DNA of 64,000 nucleotides from Bacillota bacterium (GTDB taxonomy: Bacteria > Bacillota > Sulfobacillia > Symbiobacteriales > ZC4RG38): the NCBI GenBank assembly GCA_003242505.2, contig QGUP02000001.1:1917-65916 (forward strand), read 5' to 3'. Under the pieces are notes generated by a model. It did no database searches, was not told where the DNA came from, and saw only the letters and a program-made list of their open reading frames with translations. This document shows, one piece after another, positions 37,325 to 46,368 of this stretch (within the stretch, counting starts at the first letter, position 1; each line of letters starts with the position of its first letter). A program made the translations under genes and the position numbers.

Positions 37325-38596
37325 GTGGAGCCCGTCACCATCGCCCTGGTGGACGCCAACGCCTTTTACGCCAGCTGTATCGTGGCGGCCAACCCGGCCC
37401 TCCGGGGCCGGCCCCTGGTGGTGGCCGGCGACCCGTCCAGCCGGCACGGCATCGTCCTGGCTGCCAGCTACGAAGCCCGGCGGGCAGCCCGGGGGCCGAT
37501 CCGGGCCGGCATGCCCCTGGGGCAGGCCCTGCGGCTTTTGCCCCGGGACACGGTGGTGGTGCCGCCGAACTTCCCCCTCTACGTGGAAAAGAGCCGGCAG
37601 ATGTTCGCCATCATGCGCCGGTTCACCCCGGTGGTGGAGCCGGCCTCCATCGACGAGGGGTGGATGGACTGGACCGGGTGCCTCCACCTCTTCGGCGGCG
37701 ATCCGGTGGCGATGGCGGTGAAGCTGAAGGAGGCGATCCGCCGGGAGGTGGGGATCACCGTCTCCGTCGGCATCGCCTGGAGCAAGGTGACCGCGAAGAT
37801 GGCCGCCGAGCTGGAAAAGCCCGACGGCCTCACCCTCCTCACCCCCCGGGACTGGGAGGCCCGGGTCTGGCCCCTGCCGGTGGGGGAGCTCTACGGCGTG
37901 GGCAGCCGGACGGTGCCCAAGCTCGAGGCCCTGGGGATCCGGACCATCGGGGACCTGGCCCGGGCGGATCCGGCCCTCCTCCGGGCCCGGTTCGGCGCCT
38001 TCGGGGTCTACATGCACCTGGCGGCCAATGGCCGGGACGGCGGCCGGGTCGACCCCCAGGCCCACGACGAGGCCAAGTCCATCGGCCACTCCCTCACCCT
38101 GCCGGTGGACTTCCGGGAGCGGGATGAGCAGAAGGCGGTGCTCCTCTCCCTGGCGGACCAGGTCGGGCGCCGGCTCCGCCGGGCCGGGTACCTGGCCCGG
38201 ACGGTCCAGATCACCATCCGGGACACGGCCTTCCGGACCATCACCCGGTCCCGAACCCTGGCCGCGCCCACCGACGAGACCGAGCGGATCTACGCCACCG
38301 CGTGCGAGCTTCTGGAGGCCCACTGGCCCCCGGGGCGGCCCGTGCGGCTCCTGGGGGTGGCGGCCCAGCAGCTCGTCCCCGCCGCCGGGTACAGGGCCCA
38401 GCTGACCCTCTTTGACGACCCGGCCGCGGTGGAGCGGCGGCGCCGGGTGGACCGGGCCGCGGACCTGCTCCGGGACCGGTTCGGGGAGGAGGCGGTGATC
38501 CGGGCCGGCCAGCTCCTCAGCCAGATCGGCCGGCGGGTGCTGGACAAGAAGCTCCACGGGACCTCCCTGCAGAAAGACCACCTGCGCCGGGAGTAG
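37325..38596 (+). CDS. dinB: DNA polymerase IV (Y-family)
   Basis: GTG at 37325, 8 nt after AGGAGG. IALVDANAFYASC..., SIDEGWMD, LPVGELYGVG. Confidence 0.9.
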   Translation: MEPVTIALVDANAFYASCIVAANPALRGRPLVVAGDPSSRHGIVLAASYEARRAARGPIRAGMPLGQALRLLPRDTVVVPPNFPLYVEKSRQMFAIMRRFTPVVEPASIDEGWMDWTGCLHLFGGDPVAMAVKLKEAIRREVGITVSVGIAWSKVTAKMAAELEKPDGLTLLTPRDWEARVWPLPVGELYGVGSRTVPKLEALGIRTIGDLARADPALLRARFGAFGVYMHLAANGRDGGRVDPQAHDEAKSIGHSLTLPVDFRERDEQKAVLLSLADQVGRRLRRAGYLARTVQITIRDTAFRTITRSRTLAAPTDETERIYATACELLEAHWPPGRPVRLLGVAAQQLVPAAGYRAQLTLFDDPAAVERRRRVDRAADLLRDRFGEEAVIRAGQLLSQIGRRVLDKKLHGTSLQKDHLRRE

Positions 38597-38635
38597 GGGC
38601 GGTTCGCACGGGAGTAGCGGCGGCGGTTCGCAGAG

Positions 38636-38673
38636 GTAAGGGGCCCTGGTGCCGGGAGCACCAGGGCCCTTAC
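38636..38673. terminator. Hairpin between convergent dinB and the islet lipoprotein gene
   Basis: GTAAGGGGCCCTGGTGC-cggga-GCACCAGGGCCCTTAC (16 bp with one bulge). No U-tract on either strand. Confidence 0.4.
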
Positions 38674-38690
38674 CCAAACCACCCTGAGCG

Positions 38691-39401
38691 TTAGATTTGC
38701 GAACCGGCTTTGGCGTTCGAAACCCTGCGAAGGGCTTCTTCGACGGAAAGGCCAGACAGCTCCTTGACCGCACCCAAGGATTCCCAGTAGGAGTCGGCCG
38801 GCGTCAGGCGGTTGTCCCTTCCAACCTGGAACCGACCGTAAGGCGGTCCTGCGAGAGCTGAGCCATCCGCATCCTTCAAGAAGAAGAGGTAAGTCGCGCC
38901 GATTTGGATCACAGGGTCGTGCTCAAGCTGATACGCGGTACCTTTGCGCATGCCACCGGCTTGATGGACGGTTACTGTATCTCCCGGGCGAATTCCCGCT
39001 CCTTTGAGGATGGTCGTGACCCTCACCGAGTAACCAGTGAGAGTGGGCGGATCTTCCCCCGGAACATAGGGCCTCGGCTGAAGACCGGCCTTTGGATGAT
39101 CCGCCGGGGGCGGGTCCTGAGCATGGTCTTCTGAAGCAGTCGAAGCCGTGAGGTCTGTGGCTGCCGTAACCACACCGACTACGATGGTGGAGTGTGATTC
39201 AGCGAATTCCCTGAGAGACTTCGCTTCTGCGATCGGCCACCGAGCAAAACCAATGATCTGTACCTGCGGTTGGTCCGTTGCCAGTTTCGTGGGAACACCT
39301 TGCTGCACATCGAGAGAAGGATCAATGCCTGTTTGTGTGCATGCCACAACACCGAGTGCTGCAAAGCCCGTTAATAGGGCGACGGGTAGCTTTCGTAACA
39401 C
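38691..39401 (-). CDS. Hypothetical lipoprotein (low-GC islet)
   Basis: GTG after GGAGAGATAGAGG. Lipobox LGVVACT. The start overlaps the 3' end of the upstream protease ORF by 31 nt. G+C is visibly lower than in the flanks. Confidence 0.6.
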   Translation of the reverse strand: MLRKLPVALLTGFAALGVVACTQTGIDPSLDVQQGVPTKLATDQPQVQIIGFARWPIAEAKSLREFAESHSTIVVGVVTAATDLTASTASEDHAQDPPPADHPKAGLQPRPYVPGEDPPTLTGYSVRVTTILKGAGIRPGDTVTVHQAGGMRKGTAYQLEHDPVIQIGATYLFFLKDADGSALAGPPYGRFQVGRDNRLTPADSYWESLGAVKELSGLSVEEALRRVSNAKAGSQI

Positions 39402-40178
39402 CCTCTATCTCTCCAGTTCGGGTCGTCGTAGGCGTGGTTCACGCCGCATACATCCCAATCGGTCGGGCTGTTGAGCAGATTTTGGTCCAGACAATCATAG
39501 TCCATCACTGAAGCGGGAACCGTCGATGTGCCACAAGTGTGGTCACCTGGGCCATCATGGGCTAGCACAATAGCGTGGCCAAGTTCATGAGACGCCGTAG
39601 CTTCACGCTGAAATGCCGTTCCATAGAGTGACCCACTGTGTGCATCGTTATCCAGCAGGACGGCAGCGTACCACCAGGTGTTCGGGCGGGAGTGATTAGC
39701 GTCGCAATCACCGTACGATGTGAGATTGCACTCGTGATAGGGTTCTTCGAACAGGTAGGTGACCCCGAGGGCATTCAAGGTCGTTAAGGTTCGGCCAAAG
39801 TGCGATGTCGAATAGTTGGTGACTATTATGTGCACGTCGTGCCAATCCGCGGGGGTCGTGTCCCCGATGGTGACCGTTGTGGGAGCCTTGTTCCACTTGC
39901 TGATCGCATTCGATATAGGCGTTGACCACTTCGTAGCGAACGATGGGTCCTCGTAATGGCGATGCCGGATAAGGACATCCAGGTCACATAGCTGCCACTG
40001 TCCGCAACTTGCTGATACCACCGGTCCCGCCAGATGCTCTTGACCGGGTGCGCAATCCCATATTGTGAGCCAAGACCGTGGGCGCCTGTGAATACAGTAG
40101 CAGAAGTGAGATACCTAGAAGTGGTCCAACTATTAGAGCACATCTCTTGATGCCGTGCGTTATGAGCCCGTTGTGCAC
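39371..40178 (-). pseudogene. Metzincin-like zinc metalloprotease; signal peptide and catalytic domain lie in different frames
   Basis: The catalytic ORF (39371-40021) has HELGHAIVLAHD (HExxHxxxxxH/D) and a Met-turn-like SVMDY. A strong RBS (AAGGAGGG) plus GTG at 40178 opens a signal-peptide-like ORF (KRCALIVGPLLGISLLLLYSQAPTVLA) that stops at 39984 in another frame. Confidence 0.5.
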
Positions 40179-40687
40179 TTGCCCTTCCCTCCTTGGACGC
40201 TAATCGGGGGTAGTACGTTTCAAGAACCGAGACCTATTCATCTGTCCAATGGAATCACCTCCTGTAACTGGCTATGTCCTTTACTTTGTGACGGCCGCTC
40301 TCGGTCCTACTGTTAAAACAGCAGTAGCCTGGGCCGCCAGATACGCCTATAGGCCGGACCTATGTCCGGCCCCATAGCCTGCTGGAACATCTCCCCAGTC
40401 TCCATTTCCACTGTTCACCCCCGTCAGTAGTCTCTCAGACAAATCTTACCAGGATTGGGGGTGAACATCACTCCAAACAAGGTGTCTCTTGGTGTCTGTT
40501 GGTGTCGAGGCCCAGGGCAGCCACCGCCCACTGCACCAGAGGTGGATGAAGCGCCGCTTCCTGCTGCCGGCCCTGGCCATGTACCGGCCTGCACCTCGGG
40601 TGCGGATGAGGGAGACGGCCCGGGCTGCCGCCTCTGGCGAAGGGAGTGAACCAGCGGACTGGTCGGCCGTCACCAGGCGAGAGGACC

Positions 40688-40724
40688 CCAAAGGGAAAGT
40701 GTACCGTCCGGGCGGACGGTGCAC
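40688..40724 (-). terminator. Putative terminator downstream of the subtilase gene
   Basis: GTGCACCGTCCG/CGGACGGTACAC stem (one G-U pair), followed on the minus strand by CTTTCCCTTTGG. About 50 nt after the stop at 40772. Confidence 0.45.
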
Positions 40725-40771
40725 CTGCTGCGTTCTAAGGATCTCCTGGCTGGCTCCATCGGCCGGGCCCG

Positions 40772-41950
40772 TCACTGGGCGGCCGCGGCCGGACCCTCCT
40801 GGATTCCTTGCCCCTCTCCTGCCATGTCTCCGTCTGCCCCGACCGGCATGGCCGCCGCCAGGGCCCGGTCCGGCCGGACCAGCCCCGCCCCCTGCTCCGC
40901 CGGGCTAAGGCCCGGGAGGGGTTCGGCGGTGGCCCGCAGCCGGTCCCGCACCTCCCCTGGGGTGAGCCCTGGCTCCGCCGCCAGCAGCAGGGCGGCGGCG
41001 CCGGCCACGTGGGCCGCGGCCATGGAGGTGCCCGAGAGGGAGCGGAGCCGGCCTCCGGGCCAGAGAGACACGATTCCGGTCCCTGGGGCCGCCAGGTCCA
41101 CCTCCGGTCCCCGGCTGGAGGACCGGGCCAGGGTGTCCCGGGGGTCGGTCGCGGTGACAGCCAGGACGTGGGGGTACCGGGCGGGGAAGTCCACCGGCCG
41201 CCCGGCCCCGCCGTTTCCCGCCGCGGCCACCAGGACCGCCCCCAGGGCCGTCAGGGCTTCCACCGCCCGGGCCAGGGCGGGGGAGGAGGCCGGTTGGCCG
41301 AAGGACATGTTGATGACTTGCATGCCGTAGTCGGCGCACCACTGGAGGGCCTGCAGGAGGTCGACCAGGGCGGCGCTCCCGTCCCGGTCAAAAGCCTTGA
41401 CCACGTAGAGGTCTGCCCCGGGGGCCACCCCGACGACACCGGCGGCGTTGTCCGCAGCGGCCACGATGCCCGCGACGTGGGTGCCGTGGCCGTTGTCGTC
41501 GCCGGGGGGCTCCCCCGGGGCCAGGATGTTGACGCCGCCCCGGACCCGGGGGGCGAGGTCCGGGTGGGTCCAATCGGCCCCGGTGTCGATCACCGCCACC
41601 CGCACCCCCTGGCCGCGGCTCCGCTGCCAGGCCCGGGGGAGACCGATCCGCCTCAGGCCCCAGGGCAGCCCTTGGTCCAGCGCACCCGGGCCCGGGGCAG
41701 GCTAGGCCCGGGGGAGGGGTAGCCGGAGGTCCGGTTCAAGGGCCTGGACCGCCGGATGGCCCGTCAGGGCGGCCACGGCCGCCGGCCCCGGGCAGGTGCA
41801 GGCCAGGCCGTGGACCAGGGGCAGCGGGCAGAGGACCTCGGCGCCGCAGCAGAGGGCCGCTTCCAGCCCGGAGGCGAGGCTGGCTTCCGGGCGGAGCAGC
41901 ACCACGTGGCGGGCAAGGCCGGCGGCACGGCGCGAGCGCAGCCGTCTCAC
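40772..41950 (-). pseudogene. S8 subtilisin-like serine protease interrupted by an in-frame TAG (41702-41704)
   Basis: Catalytic triad motifs VIDTG, HGTHVAG and GTSMAAAHVAG lie in 40772-41605. A propeptide-like segment (GTG 41950 after AAGGAG ... HPAVQALEPDLRLPLPRA) is in the same frame. The only stop between them is one TAG, and ...PAPGPGALDQGLPWGLRRIGLPRAWQRSRGQG follows it in frame. Confidence 0.6.
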
Positions 41951-42014
41951 CCTCCTCGCTCCTTTCCCGTAGAATGGGGTGCAGCCTATCAGGGAAAGGG
42001 AGTCGAGCGGAGCG

Positions 42015-43037
42015 ATGGCCATCTCGTGGACACATACCATCGAGGAGCGGCTCAGCCGCCTCGAGCGGCGGCAGGAGCGGCTACTGGCAAAGCTGGCTGC
42101 CCTGGCGGACGCCCTCCGGCAGCAGCAGCCGCCCGGCACCGGGGCTGCGCAGGCCGGCCCGGCGGCCGGAGCCGGAGACACCCAACCAGGGGCTTCCCGG
42201 CCCTCCCCATCCCCTGCCGGAGGCGCTCCGGGCCCCACCGCCCGCCACGGACCCCAGGCCGGCCCTGGCAGAGGGCAGGGGAGCGCCGCCGGAGCGCCGT
42301 CCGCCCGGGCGCCAGGGGACCGATCTCCTGGGGCCGCACCCATGGCCGGTGGGCAGGTGGGGAGCCTGGGCATGTGGCAGCCGCCCCCGGAGGCGTCGAT
42401 GCCGGACCACCGGGCTGAGGTCCTGCGGCGGGTCGACGAGCTCGCCGCGGCGGTCCAGACCGTCTCCGCCGCCACCCAGCGGCTCCAGGTCATGTGCGAC
42501 CTCCTGGGCCACTGCGTCTACGTGGCGGTGGATCCCCAGGCTGCGGCCCAGCGGCTCCAGTCCCGGGGCCTCGTTTCCCTTGGTGGCCTGCCGGCCGACG
42601 GCTCCACCGCCCTGGGCGGAAGCGGCGGGTCGACCTCCGACCTGGCCGGGGCCCTCGCGGGCCTTCTGCCCGGTCTCCTGGCCAGGGCGGTGGGGCAGGG
42701 CGGCTCCGGAACCGGCGGCGAGCCCGGCCCGGAGGGGGCTGCCGATGGGGGCGCCGACGGCAGCGGGGCCCTGGGCAGCGGCGGGGCCGACGGCGGGGGC
42801 GGTGCAGCCGGGGAAACCGGCGGCAGCGGCGACGCCGGGGCGACGTCCGGCACCCCGGGCGGCCAGGAGGCCGGGCCGCTCCCGGGGCTTCTGCCCCTCA
42901 TGCAGGCGGTGGTGGCCCGCTCCGGAGGGGACGGGGCGGCCGCCCGGCTAGGGGCGGTGGTCGGGTCGCCGGCCTTTCAGCAACTCGTGGGGATGGTCCA
43001 GGCCTCCGGGGGGGCGGCTTCCGGCGGGACCCACTGA
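42015..43037 (+). CDS. Hypothetical protein: N-terminal coiled coil, Gly/Ala/Pro-rich low-complexity regions
   Basis: MAISWTHTIEERLSRLERRQERLLAKLAALADALRQ. Codon usage matches the neighbours. No recognisable domain. Confidence 0.45.
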   Translation: MAISWTHTIEERLSRLERRQERLLAKLAALADALRQQQPPGTGAAQAGPAAGAGDTQPGASRPSPSPAGGAPGPTARHGPQAGPGRGQGSAAGAPSARAPGDRSPGAAPMAGGQVGSLGMWQPPPEASMPDHRAEVLRRVDELAAAVQTVSAATQRLQVMCDLLGHCVYVAVDPQAAAQRLQSRGLVSLGGLPADGSTALGGSGGSTSDLAGALAGLLPGLLARAVGQGGSGTGGEPGPEGAADGGADGSGALGSGGADGGGGAAGETGGSGDAGATSGTPGGQEAGPLPGLLPLMQAVVARSGGDGAAARLGAVVGSPAFQQLVGMVQASGGAASGGTH

Positions 43038-43120
43038 CCCGAGGCGCCCCAGGGGCGCAGGCGCTCGGGGCGATGGGAGGGGGCTACGCCGCGGCGCAGC
43101 CCCCTCGGCCCGCGGCGGCC

Positions 43121-43207
43121 TCAGCCGAGGTCGCCGGTGATGAGCAGGAGTGCCAGAAGCAGCAAGATCAACATGGTGGGGCTGAGCTGCTGGCGATTGT
43201 CGGACAT
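43121..43207 (-). CDS. 28-aa hydrophobic micro-protein (below the ORF-track cutoff)
   Basis: GGAGGAGGAG lies 5 nt before the ATG at 43207. MSDNRQQLSPTMLILLLLALLLITGDLG has a single TM. Confidence 0.4.
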   Translation of the reverse strand: MSDNRQQLSPTMLILLLLALLLITGDLG

Positions 43208-43297
43208 CGGGACTCCTCCTCCGAGGTAGGTATGGGCGCCCGGCCAGGGCCGGAACCGGAGGGTCCTGCCCCAGGGGTGGCTCAGGGCGGGGATGGC

Positions 43298-43633
43298 TCA
43301 GGGCGGGTTCCGACGGGTCCCCTTGCCGGGGGCGGGCGGAGGCGGCGACTGACCGCCGGCCTCCAGGAGCCGGCGGAGCAGCGCCGGATCGACCTTGCCT
43401 CCGGCCTGGATCTTCCGGGCCAGGTCAGCCAGGGCCTCGGGCCGGGCCAGCAGTTGCCGCAGTTCCCGGTCCGGAACGCCGGCGGCTTTGGCGGCCTGAC
43501 GGAGCACCTGGTCCGGCGGCGCTCCCCGGAGCAGGTCCTGCAGCAACTTCTGTCCGGCGGGGGTGAGGGCAGACCGGAGCTGGTCCGCCAGGTCCGGGGG
43601 CAGGGGCTGGCCCTCTGGGCGCCGCTCTGTCAC
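43298..43633 (-). CDS. Hypothetical helical protein
   Basis: GTG 6 nt after GGGAGGTGGA. Leu/Ala/Arg-rich, 111 aa, with no recognised motif. Confidence 0.45.
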   Translation of the reverse strand: MTERRPEGQPLPPDLADQLRSALTPAGQKLLQDLLRGAPPDQVLRQAAKAAGVPDRELRQLLARPEALADLARKIQAGGKVDPALLRRLLEAGGQSPPPPAPGKGTRRNPP

Positions 43634-43789
43634 CTGTCGTCCACCTCCCGGCGGGGGCGCTGGTCTCCCGCCGCTGACCTATCCTACGCCCCGTCAGGAA
43701 GGCGTGTGACAGAACCCGGGCTTATGTTGCGGTCCGGCCGGCAGGTCCGGGGCCGGCCGCGGTGCAAACCAGTTACTGGATTTCCGGAC

Positions 43790-43818
43790 TTGACAGGGAA
43801 GGTCGGGCGTCGTAGCAT
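43790..43818 (+). promoter_or_regulatory. Sigma-A-type promoter for typA (TTGACA-17-TAGCAT)
   Basis: Perfect -35, 17-nt spacer, acceptable -10. About 180 nt upstream of the typA GTG. Confidence 0.45.
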
Positions 43819-43998
43819 ACTTAAATTGGCATCGCCTTGCGGTGGGTGCCTCGGGCACGTCGCCTGGTGGTGGGTGCCTCCGGCATCCACCGGTTTTCGT
43901 GTTGCCGGGCCTCGGCGGGCCGGGGGCTCCAGTCGCGGTCGGGTCCCGGTTCGACCGGGGCGGATCGGTGCATCCGGCACTCTCACGGAGGCGGGACT

Positions 43999-45867
43999 GT
44001 GCGGATCAAGCGGACGGACTTGCGGAACATCGCCATCATCGCCCACGTGGACCACGGCAAGACCACCCTGGTCGACGGCATGCTGAAGCAGAGCGGCGTC
44101 TTCCGGGAGAACGAGCAGGTCGGGGAGTGCATCCTCGACAGCAACGCCCTGGAGCGGGAGCGGGGCATCACCATCCTGGCCAAGAACACCGCGGTCACCT
44201 ACAAGGGGATCACCATCAACATCGTCGACACCCCGGGCCACGCCGACTTCTCCGGCGAGGTGGAGCGGATCCTCTCCATGGTGGACGGGGCGCTCCTGCT
44301 GGTGGACAGCGCCGAAGGGGTGATGGCCCAGACCAAGTACGTCCTCCGGAAGGCCCTGGAGGCCGGGCTCCGGCCCATCGTGGTGATCAACAAGATGGAC
44401 CGGCCCGACGCTCGGCCGGCGGAGGTGCTGGACCAGGTCCTGGAGCTCTTCATCGACCTGGGGGCGGACGAGGCTCAGCTCGATTTCCCGGTGGTCTACG
44501 CGGTGGGCCGGCAGGGGGTGGCGAGCCTCGACCCCCGGGAGCGGGGGACCAGCCTGCAGCCTCTCTTCCAGACCATCGTCGACCACGTCCCCTGCCCGGA
44601 GGGGGACCCGGACGCGCCCCTGCAGGTGATGGTCACCTCCCTCGACTACGACGAGTACGTGGGCCGGGTGGCCATCGGCCGGGTCCACCAGGGCCGGATC
44701 CGCACCGGGCAGATGGTGAGCATCTGCAAGCGGGACGGGAGCGTGGTGAAGGGCCGGGTGCTCCAGCTCTTCACCTTCCAGGGGCTGCGCCGGGTCCTCA
44801 CCGAGGAGGCGACGGTGGGGGACATCGTCGCCGTCACCGGGCTGGAGGGCATCCACATCGGCGAGACCATCTCCGACCCGGAGAACCCGATGCCCCTGCC
44901 GCCCCTCCGGGTGGACGAGCCGACCCTCACCATGACCTTCCGCACCAACGACTCGCCCTTTGCCGGCCGGGAAGGGGAGTACGTCACCTCCCGGCACCTC
45001 CGGGACCGGCTCTTCCGGGAGCTGGAGCGGAACGTCGCTTTGCGGGTGGAGGAGACCGAGGACCCGGACGTCTTCCAGGTCTCCGGCCGGGGAGAGCTGC
45101 ACCTCTCCATCCTGATCGAGACCATGCGCCGGGAAGGCTACGAGCTGGCGGTCTCCAAGCCCCAGGTGATCCTGAAGCGGGACCCGGAGACCGGCGAGCT
45201 GCTGGAGCCCCTGGAGACCCTGATCATCGACATCCCCGAGGAGTACCTGGGGGTGGTGATGGAGAAGCTCGGCCGGCGCCGGGCGGAGCTGCAGAACATG
45301 GCCAACTCGGGCTCGGGCCACCTGCGCCTGGAGTTCCTGATCCCCGCCCGGGGGCTCATCGGCTACCGCTCGGAGTTCCTCGCGGACACCCGGGGCTACG
45401 GGGTGATGCACCACCTCTTCCATTCGTACGGGCCGTACCGGGGGGAGATCCCCGGCCGGACCCGGGGCGCGGCGGTGGCGTCGGAGACCGGCGTGGCCAC
45501 CACCTATGCCCTCTACCATCTCCAGGAGCGGGTCCGGTTCTTCATCGAGCCGGGGACGGAGGTCTACGCCGGCATGGTGGTGGGGGAGCACGCCCGGGAG
45601 AACGATATCGAGGTCAACGTCTGTAAGACCAAGCACCTCACCAACATCCGCTCCTCCACCGCAGAGCAGACCCTGCGCCTCGAGCCGCCCCGGGTCCTGA
45701 CCCTGGAAGAGGCCCTGGAGTGGATCGACGACGACGAGCTGGTCGAGGTGACCCCGAAGAGCATCCGCATCCGCAAGAAGGTGCTGGACCCGCACCTCCG
45801 GGAGAAGCTGGCCAAGGGCAAGGAACTCACCCCGGAGATGCTCCGGCGCCTGCAGCAAGGCCGATGA
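43999..45867 (+). CDS. typA: Translational GTPase TypA/BipA
   Basis: GTG 7 nt after [33 protein letters not shown], and EF-G-like domains. 622 aa. Confidence 0.95.
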   Translation: MRIKRTDLRNIAIIAHVDHGKTTLVDGMLKQSGVFRENEQVGECILDSNALERERGITILAKNTAVTYKGITINIVDTPGHADFSGEVERILSMVDGALLLVDSAEGVMAQTKYVLRKALEAGLRPIVVINKMDRPDARPAEVLDQVLELFIDLGADEAQLDFPVVYAVGRQGVASLDPRERGTSLQPLFQTIVDHVPCPEGDPDAPLQVMVTSLDYDEYVGRVAIGRVHQGRIRTGQMVSICKRDGSVVKGRVLQLFTFQGLRRVLTEEATVGDIVAVTGLEGIHIGETISDPENPMPLPPLRVDEPTLTMTFRTNDSPFAGREGEYVTSRHLRDRLFRELERNVALRVEETEDPDVFQVSGRGELHLSILIETMRREGYELAVSKPQVILKRDPETGELLEPLETLIIDIPEEYLGVVMEKLGRRRAELQNMANSGSGHLRLEFLIPARGLIGYRSEFLADTRGYGVMHHLFHSYGPYRGEIPGRTRGAAVASETGVATTYALYHLQERVRFFIEPGTEVYAGMVVGEHARENDIEVNVCKTKHLTNIRSSTAEQTLRLEPPRVLTLEEALEWIDDDELVEVTPKSIRIRKKVLDPHLREKLAKGKELTPEMLRRLQQGR

Positions 45868-46023
45868 GAGGTCCGGCCCCCCGGCCGTGGGGCAGCCGGC
45901 CTGGGGCGGCCGGGCCGGCAAGGCCGGGCTGGGCGGGGGAGGCTGGGCGGCAGCCGGCCCCCGGGTGGCGAGGCGGGCATACTAGGGGTGGCCCGGTATC
46001 CACCTGGCGGAGGAGGGAGAACC

Positions 46024-46230
46024 ATGCGGATGCGCATGCGGATGGCTTCCCCCTACACGGGGTGGATGATGGCCACCCTGGGGCTCCTGGGGCTCACCTA
46101 CGGCCTCGGCCACACCCTGGACGAGGACCGGAACTACGGCGGCATGGCCCTGACGGCCCTGGCGGCGCCCCTGGCCCTGGCGGGCCTGGCGGGCTGGACC
46201 ATGGCCCTGGTCCGGGAGGCCCGGCGCTAG
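46024..46230 (+). CDS. Small two-TM membrane protein
   Basis: ATG after GGAGGAGGGAG. MRMRMRMASPYTGWMMATLGLLGLTYGL...LTALAAPLALAGLAGWTMAL. Confidence 0.45.
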   Translation: MRMRMRMASPYTGWMMATLGLLGLTYGLGHTLDEDRNYGGMALTALAAPLALAGLAGWTMALVREARR

Positions 46231-46301
46231 CCGGTCCCGTCTTCCGAGCCCCGGGGGACGCCGGCAGGTTCCGGTGCGGCAAGCTCCGGCCTCCGAGCAA
46301 C

Positions 46302-46331
46302 AAGGCCACCCGGCTCTGGCCGGGTGGCCTT
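46302..46331. terminator. Hairpin between convergent genes
   Basis: AAGGCCACCCGGC-tctg-GCCGGGTGGCCTT, a perfect 13-bp stem. Confidence 0.45.
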
Positions 46332-46368
46332 CATGAGAATGCCGGCGTGGCGGAGTCGCCCGGGCCGC

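Noticed and set aside
40351-40378. Hairpin GGCCGGAC-ctat-GTCCGGCC in the islet's non-coding part, considered as a terminator or att site.
   Set aside because: There is no U-tract on either strand, no gene end nearby, and no matching copy at the other islet border.
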